A stretch of DNA of 10,577 bases from Elusimicrobiota bacterium (GTDB taxonomy: Bacteria > Elusimicrobiota > UBA8919): contig JBDRIG010000052.1 of NCBI GenBank assembly GCA_043816185.1, positions 1 through 10,577 on the forward strand, written 5' to 3'. The notes below the pieces were generated by a model, which worked only from the letters and a program-made list of their open reading frames with translations, was not told where the DNA came from and did no database searches. Positions 6,136-10,577 of this stretch are shown one piece after another. Every line of letters starts with the position of its first letter. The stretch's first letter is position 1. A program made the translations under genes and the position numbers.

Positions 6136-8217
6136 ATGAAAAAAGGTTTGTTGGTTTTGTGGATGGCAGTGGTTTTGGTTTTAGGTGTGGGTTTTGAAGT
6201 AGTGGCACAGGAGTCCACGGAGGAGGAGCTTCTTTTTTCTGAAATTCCGATTGTTGTAAGTGCAGGAAAGAAAAAACAGTTAGCCACCGAAGCGCTTGCC
6301 ACTATTTGTGTCGTTACAGATGAAGAAATTAAACAATCAGGTGCGACAAATATTCCTGATATTTTGAGAATGGTTTCCGGCGTAGACGTGTTAGCATTAT
6401 CGGCAAGAGATCAAAATGTTAGTATTCGTGGATTTATTACACCAATAAATAACAAACTTTTAGTACTAATCGATGGCCGTTCTGTTTATTGGGATGCATA
6501 TGGTATTGTTTTTTGGGATGCATTTCCTGTAAGTTTAGATGAAATTGATAGAATCGAAATCGTTAAATCACCAATTTCATCTCTTTATGGAGCGAACGCA
6601 TATTGTGGTGTTATAAACATTATCACCAAATCGCCAGCAAGAATCAATCAGACGGAAATAAGTGTAACTGGTGGGAATTTTAATACATTATTAGGAACAA
6701 TACTGCATGCAAAGGTAACACCTAAAATTGACTACAAAGTCTCGATTGGTCTAGATAAAACAAATTCTTTGCGGGATAGTAGTGAAAAAGCAGGTGACAT
6801 AGTCAAAGGGAACGTATTTGTTGAATATAAATTTAGCGACGATAATAAACTATCGTTTTCATCAGGAAGATCTCAGATTAAGGATAGAAAATTATTTGTT
6901 GACGAATCGGTAGGAGCCGCCATAGTAGACTCATATTTTGATTATGCTCAATTTGAGTACAATTATAAAAATCTCAAACTTCGCAATTTTGCAAAACAGG
7001 AAGATAGTAATACCGACTTCACAAAATTTGATATAGAGAGAAGATGGCTTATAAAAACATATGATTTAGAATTCCAAAATTTACTCGATATTGGAAAAAA
7101 ACATTCGTTGATTTACGGTGCCAGCTATCGCTATAACGCAATTGATAAAAGTCTGGTTATACCTCAGAGCAATTCACAAAATCTTTACGCAATTTTTGGC
7201 GAAGATGAATTAAAGATTTCCGACAAATTTAAATTATCCGTTGGTGGAAGATATGATTGTCACTCATTAGTTAAAGAACATTTTTCGCCGAGAGGAACTA
7301 TTTGGTATTCACCTTTCAAAGAGCATATCTTCAGGCTTTCAGCAGTACAAGCATTTCGTAATCCAACACTTATTGATTCATATGCAGATGATACTTATAA
7401 TTTAGAACTGAAAGGTGTTGGGATACCAGCTACTCCAATAACATTAAACATTCCTTATGATTTTAAGGTACAAGGGAACAAAAATCTTAAATCAGAAGGC
7501 ATCAGTTCTTGTGAAACATCTTGGCGAGCGGTTTGGTTAAAAAAGGTTGTCTCGAATGTAAGTTTATTTTATAACGAATATACCAATTTGTTTGCAATGA
7601 ATAGGAATGTTGTTAATTACACTGCTGCCGAACTTAGCGCACTGACTGGCTTACCTGAATTGTGGCTTAGTGGTTTGCTTGCATTATATCCAGAGATGAT
7701 GCTACCTAAGACAATAACTACATCACCTATAAACAGCGGAAGTGGTTGGGGAATAGGCGGTGAGTTTGATATCAATGTTCCAGTTACTGATTGGCTTTCT
7801 AGTTTTGCTAATTACTCACATGTGCAAATTATTAATTCACATGATCTTGTTCATACAACAATTATTAATGAAAAAAATAAGGTAGATAAAGAGTATCCTA
7901 AGAATAAAGTGGGTGTTGGTATAAAAACAAAATTTTGTAAAGACATCATGGCAAACATTTCTTGCAAATGGACAGATAAAACCGAAACTTATATCACAGA
8001 TCAAAATGAGAACGGATATCTTTCTAAAGTAGATGATTACCTTGTTTTTGATCTTGGACTTGGATGGGCGTTGAATAAAAATGCAGATGTATCTCTATCA
8101 ATATTTAATCTTTTTGACGATAGACACTATGAATATCCAGTTGGCATAAACTTGTCCGATAATTCAAGCGATGAGATAGTAAGAAGAATTGTTGGCAAAA
8201 TAAGTTACAAGTTTTAA
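6136..8217 (+). CDS. TonB-dependent receptor (plug + beta-barrel), 693 aa
   Basis: Signal peptide ending near VVA-Q. Plug motifs VVTDEEIKQSGATNIPDILR, VSIRGF, LLVLIDGR, IDRIEIVK and SLYGANA..GVINIITK. Barrel motifs FRNPT, NLKSE and FNLFD; C-terminal aromatic signature ISYKF. Confidence 0.92.
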   Translation: MKKGLLVLWMAVVLVLGVGFEVVAQESTEEELLFSEIPIVVSAGKKKQLATEALATICVVTDEEIKQSGATNIPDILRMVSGVDVLALSARDQNVSIRGFITPINNKLLVLIDGRSVYWDAYGIVFWDAFPVSLDEIDRIEIVKSPISSLYGANAYCGVINIITKSPARINQTEISVTGGNFNTLLGTILHAKVTPKIDYKVSIGLDKTNSLRDSSEKAGDIVKGNVFVEYKFSDDNKLSFSSGRSQIKDRKLFVDESVGAAIVDSYFDYAQFEYNYKNLKLRNFAKQEDSNTDFTKFDIERRWLIKTYDLEFQNLLDIGKKHSLIYGASYRYNAIDKSLVIPQSNSQNLYAIFGEDELKISDKFKLSVGGRYDCHSLVKEHFSPRGTIWYSPFKEHIFRLSAVQAFRNPTLIDSYADDTYNLELKGVGIPATPITLNIPYDFKVQGNKNLKSEGISSCETSWRAVWLKKVVSNVSLFYNEYTNLFAMNRNVVNYTAAELSALTGLPELWLSGLLALYPEMMLPKTITTSPINSGSGWGIGGEFDINVPVTDWLSSFANYSHVQIINSHDLVHTTIINEKNKVDKEYPKNKVGVGIKTKFCKDIMANISCKWTDKTETYITDQNENGYLSKVDDYLVFDLGLGWALNKNADVSLSIFNLFDDRHYEYPVGINLSDNSSDEIVRRIVGKISYKF

Positions 8218-8228
8218 CTGCCCTCTGG

Positions 8229-8263
8229 CAAGAAGTCCCCGTCCATAAGGGCTGGTAGTTTAT
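8229..8263 (+). mobile_element. Degenerate IS200/IS605-like right-end sequence
   Basis: CAAGAAGTCCCCGTCCATAAGGGCTGGTAGTTTAT resembles the GAAGCCCCGyCC-n4-GGGCGGGGTAGTTCAC pattern I recall for IS605/TnpB right ends, with a small deletion in the 3' arm. No tnpA or tnpB is adjacent. Confidence 0.45.
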
Positions 8264-8354
8264 TTCCGTTTTGTAAAAAATGACAAAATGGTGCAGGCTT
8301 GGTAGATGGTAGGTGTATATAGCCGCAACTTTCGTTATAGTTTTCGCTTAAAAA

Positions 8355-9266
8355 ATGAAAAAAAGTTTTCTATTTTTGTGGCTGTTGTTTTATTCTGGTT
8401 TATGTTTTTCTGTAGAGCGGGCAAATGTCTGCGTTATCTTTTCGTCAGAGATTGAGCCATATAAACAAAATTTGAAAGGATTCAAAGAATATTTTAGAGA
8501 AAAAAATGTAGCTTTATGGATCTCAGAGTATAATTTGGAAAAACAGGAACTTGAAACAATCTACTCACAGATAAACAAAAAAAAACCGGACCTAATTTTT
8601 GTTTTAGGCACGAAAGCGGCAAGGTTGGTAAAAAAAAGAACAGAAGAGATCAATGTAGTGTTTTCAATGATTATTGAGCCAGAAAAAATTGTTGGCTTGA
8701 ATTTTGCCAGTGTTTCAATGGATATTCCTGTAAGTGTAAAATTGGCAGAGATTAAAAAAATTCTTCCTAATGTAAAAAAAGTTGGATTAATCTACTCACC
8801 AGAATTTACTTTACAATACGACGAAATATCGAGAATCTCTAAGAATATGGGGTTCCAAATTATTGGAAAAGAGATTAGTCTTGCTAAAGAGTTCCCATGT
8901 GCGGTTAAGGAAATATCGGAACACATAGATTGTTTTTTAATGCTCCTTGATTCTAAAATTTATTTTTCACAATCAGTACAATATCTTTTGCTTGAAAGTT
9001 TACGAAAAAAATTTGCAGTTATAGGGCTTTCTTCACAATATACTGAAGCTGGCGCATTGATTTCTTTTGATTGCGATTATAAGGATTTGGGTCGGCAGGC
9101 AGGCGAAATTGCCTTAAGAATACTTGATGGCGAAAAGCCATGTGATATACGTCAGACATTCCCAGAGAAAATAAAAATTTCACTAAATCTGATAACCGCC
9201 GAAAGATTAGGAATAAAAATTTCACGGGCAATTATCAATGAGGCTGACAAAATCTTTAACGAATAA
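8355..9266 (+). CDS. Periplasmic ABC-type substrate-binding family protein (ABC_sub_bind/COG2984-like)
   Basis: Signal peptide; PDLIFVLGTKAA, VVFSMI, KKILPNVKKVGLIYSP, EAGALIS..DYKDLGRQAGEIALRILDGEKP and SLNLITAERLGIKIS are characteristic of this periplasmic-binding-protein type I family. Confidence 0.85.
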   Translation: MKKSFLFLWLLFYSGLCFSVERANVCVIFSSEIEPYKQNLKGFKEYFREKNVALWISEYNLEKQELETIYSQINKKKPDLIFVLGTKAARLVKKRTEEINVVFSMIIEPEKIVGLNFASVSMDIPVSVKLAEIKKILPNVKKVGLIYSPEFTLQYDEISRISKNMGFQIIGKEISLAKEFPCAVKEISEHIDCFLMLLDSKIYFSQSVQYLLLESLRKKFAVIGLSSQYTEAGALISFDCDYKDLGRQAGEIALRILDGEKPCDIRQTFPEKIKISLNLITAERLGIKISRAIINEADKIFNE

Positions 9267-9301
9267 GTGAAACGAAATTTAGAACGTGCCTTAAAACATA
9301 A

Positions 9302-9399
9302 TGACGAGTGGCGAGTGGCGAAAGCGAGGGGTTGATAATTACCGAGCAAGTTCGTTATAGGCGAAGCAGCCTATCACTAATCGTTAGCTAACAGCTAAC
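9302..9399. repeat. Intergenic heptamer repeats flanking a small hairpin
   Basis: TGACGAG TGGCGAG TGGCGAA (9302-9322), hairpin ATAGGC-gaagca-GCCTAT (9357-9374), and AGCTAAC AGCTAAC (9386-9399). Confidence 0.55.
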
Positions 9400-9439
9400 A
9401 TGTAATCAATATCAAGCTTAAGTTTGTGGTACAATAAAA

Positions 9440-10577
9440 ATGCAATTTGGTATTACTAAAAAGATTAATTTGTTGTTTATTTCCGTAATTATTTTTCTTG
9501 CAGTTGTACTTGGATTTTATTTCTTGCAACATGAAAGCCGTGCATTGAAGATTGAATTGAATGAGCGAATATCCGCATTACTTGATAGTTTAAGTGTTAA
9601 TTCTGAGTATCCAGTTCTTATTAAAGATAAAGAGGCAATTTCCAAATTAGTAAAAACCATTTTAACTCAGAAGGATATAATTTTTTGTCGGATTGAAGAC
9701 GAAAGCGGAACTCTACTTTTTGAAGCAGGTTCCAGAGATAAAAAAGCCACCTTAGAATATACTTGTGCAATTATTGCCGAGAGGTGTTCAACAGAAGTTG
9801 GCGAAGAATTAGTGTTGGATAGCGGTAAAAAAGTAAAAGAGGAAATTGGTAAGATTTATTTAGCCGTATCGCTGTCATCATTCAATCAAAAACTATCAAA
9901 TGTAAGGAATACTATTTTTTTTGTTGTTTTTGTTGTCGTTGGTTTATCGGTTTTGTCCACCACCGTTTTAATTAGGCACATCTTAGGCAATCCTATTGAA
10001 TATCTTCTTTTGGGTACAAAGACAATTGCAAGTGGTAATTTGGATTATAAAGTTTCAATTTCTAATAAAGACGAGATTGGGGAATTAGCTACTTCTTTCA
10101 ATAAAATGACAGAAGACTTAAAGAGAGCAAGAAGTGAAGTTATCGAGGCAGAAAGGCTGGCTACTATCGGTAAACTTGCATCAGTGATTAGTCATGAATT
10201 AAGAAATCCTTTAGCAGTGATGAAAACCGTTGCGTATCTTCTCAAAAAAAAGGTTGCTGGAGATGAGCAATGTGAGAATTTCTTAAGAATATTAAATAAT
10301 GAAATAGAGTTATCTAATAGAATAATTTCTGACCTTTTAGATTTTGCAAAAGCAAAAAAAGTAACCAAAATACCCGTAAAAATCGTTCCATTGATTGAAG
10401 AAATTTTAAGTTCTTTATCGTTAGGTAAAACAATAAATGAACAAAAAATAAATATAGTAAAAAATTATAATTTTGATGGTGAAATTGCTATCGATCAGCA
10501 GAAAATTAAACATATGCTTCAAAATCTTATAATCAATGCGGCCCAATCAATAATTGATACAGGAACAGTGACGATAA
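9440..10577 (+). CDS. Membrane sensor histidine kinase (TM-periplasmic sensor-TM-HAMP-HisKA-HATPase), truncated by the window end; not in the ORF track
   Basis: Hand translation is open from ATG 9440 to the end (379 codons). TM1 LLFISVIIFLAVVLGFYFL; TM2 IFFVVFVVVGLSVLSTTVLI; HAMP PIEYL...IASGNLDYKV...DEIGELATSFNKM; H-box ERLATIGKLASVISHELRNPL; DLLDFAK; N-box QNLIINAAQS. Confidence 0.93.
   Translation, partial: MQFGITKKINLLFISVIIFLAVVLGFYFLQHESRALKIELNERISALLDSLSVNSEYPVLIKDKEAISKLVKTILTQKDIIFCRIEDESGTLLFEAGSRDKKATLEYTCAIIAERCSTEVGEELVLDSGKKVKEEIGKIYLAVSLSSFNQKLSNVRNTIFFVVFVVVGLSVLSTTVLIRHILGNPIEYLLLGTKTIASGNLDYKVSISNKDEIGELATSFNKMTEDLKRARSEVIEAERLATIGKLASVISHELRNPLAVMKTVAYLLKKKVAGDEQCENFLRILNNEIELSNRIISDLLDFAKAKKVTKIPVKIVPLIEEILSSLSLGKTINEQKINIVKNYNFDGEIAIDQQKIKHMLQNLIINAAQSIIDTGTVTI

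Noticed and set aside
6096..9349. Minus-strand ORFs 6096..6302, 9019..9231 and 9152..9349
   Set aside because: Largely antisense to the receptor or binding-protein genes, with no motif support.
1..10577. CRISPR array, tRNA/rRNA gene, or cobalamin riboswitch ahead of the receptor
   Set aside because: No regularly spaced 25-40 nt repeats and no tRNA/rRNA signatures seen. The ~95-nt AT-rich receptor leader lacks B12-box or other riboswitch motifs.

Overview
AT-rich (roughly one-third GC by eye) chromosomal window from a diderm bacterium, with nearly all intact genes on the + strand. It has three parts. (1) An AbrB/SpoVT-type antitoxin and RelE-superfamily toxin pair behind a near-consensus sigma70 promoter, followed by the 3' remnant and one terminal inverted repeat of an IS30-family element. 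(2) A partial pyrimidine operon, pyrC-pyrK-pyrD-(small orphan ORF)-pyrF, without adjacent pyrB or pyrE. Its genes carry in-frame loop segments built from degenerate 7/8-nt repeats and short palindromes. (3) A small membrane protein, then a separately promoted cluster of TonB-dependent receptor, ABC-type substrate-binding protein and HAMP sensor histidine kinase. The kinase (9440 to window end) is missing from the supplied ORF track, and no permease or ATPase gene lies in the cluster within the window. The best candidates for new biology are this three-gene putative trans-envelope signalling relay (YfiR/YfiN-like logic wired to a histidine kinase) and the repeat/palindrome-derived peptide insertions in housekeeping enzymes. 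All family assignments come from reading motifs by eye; no searches were run.
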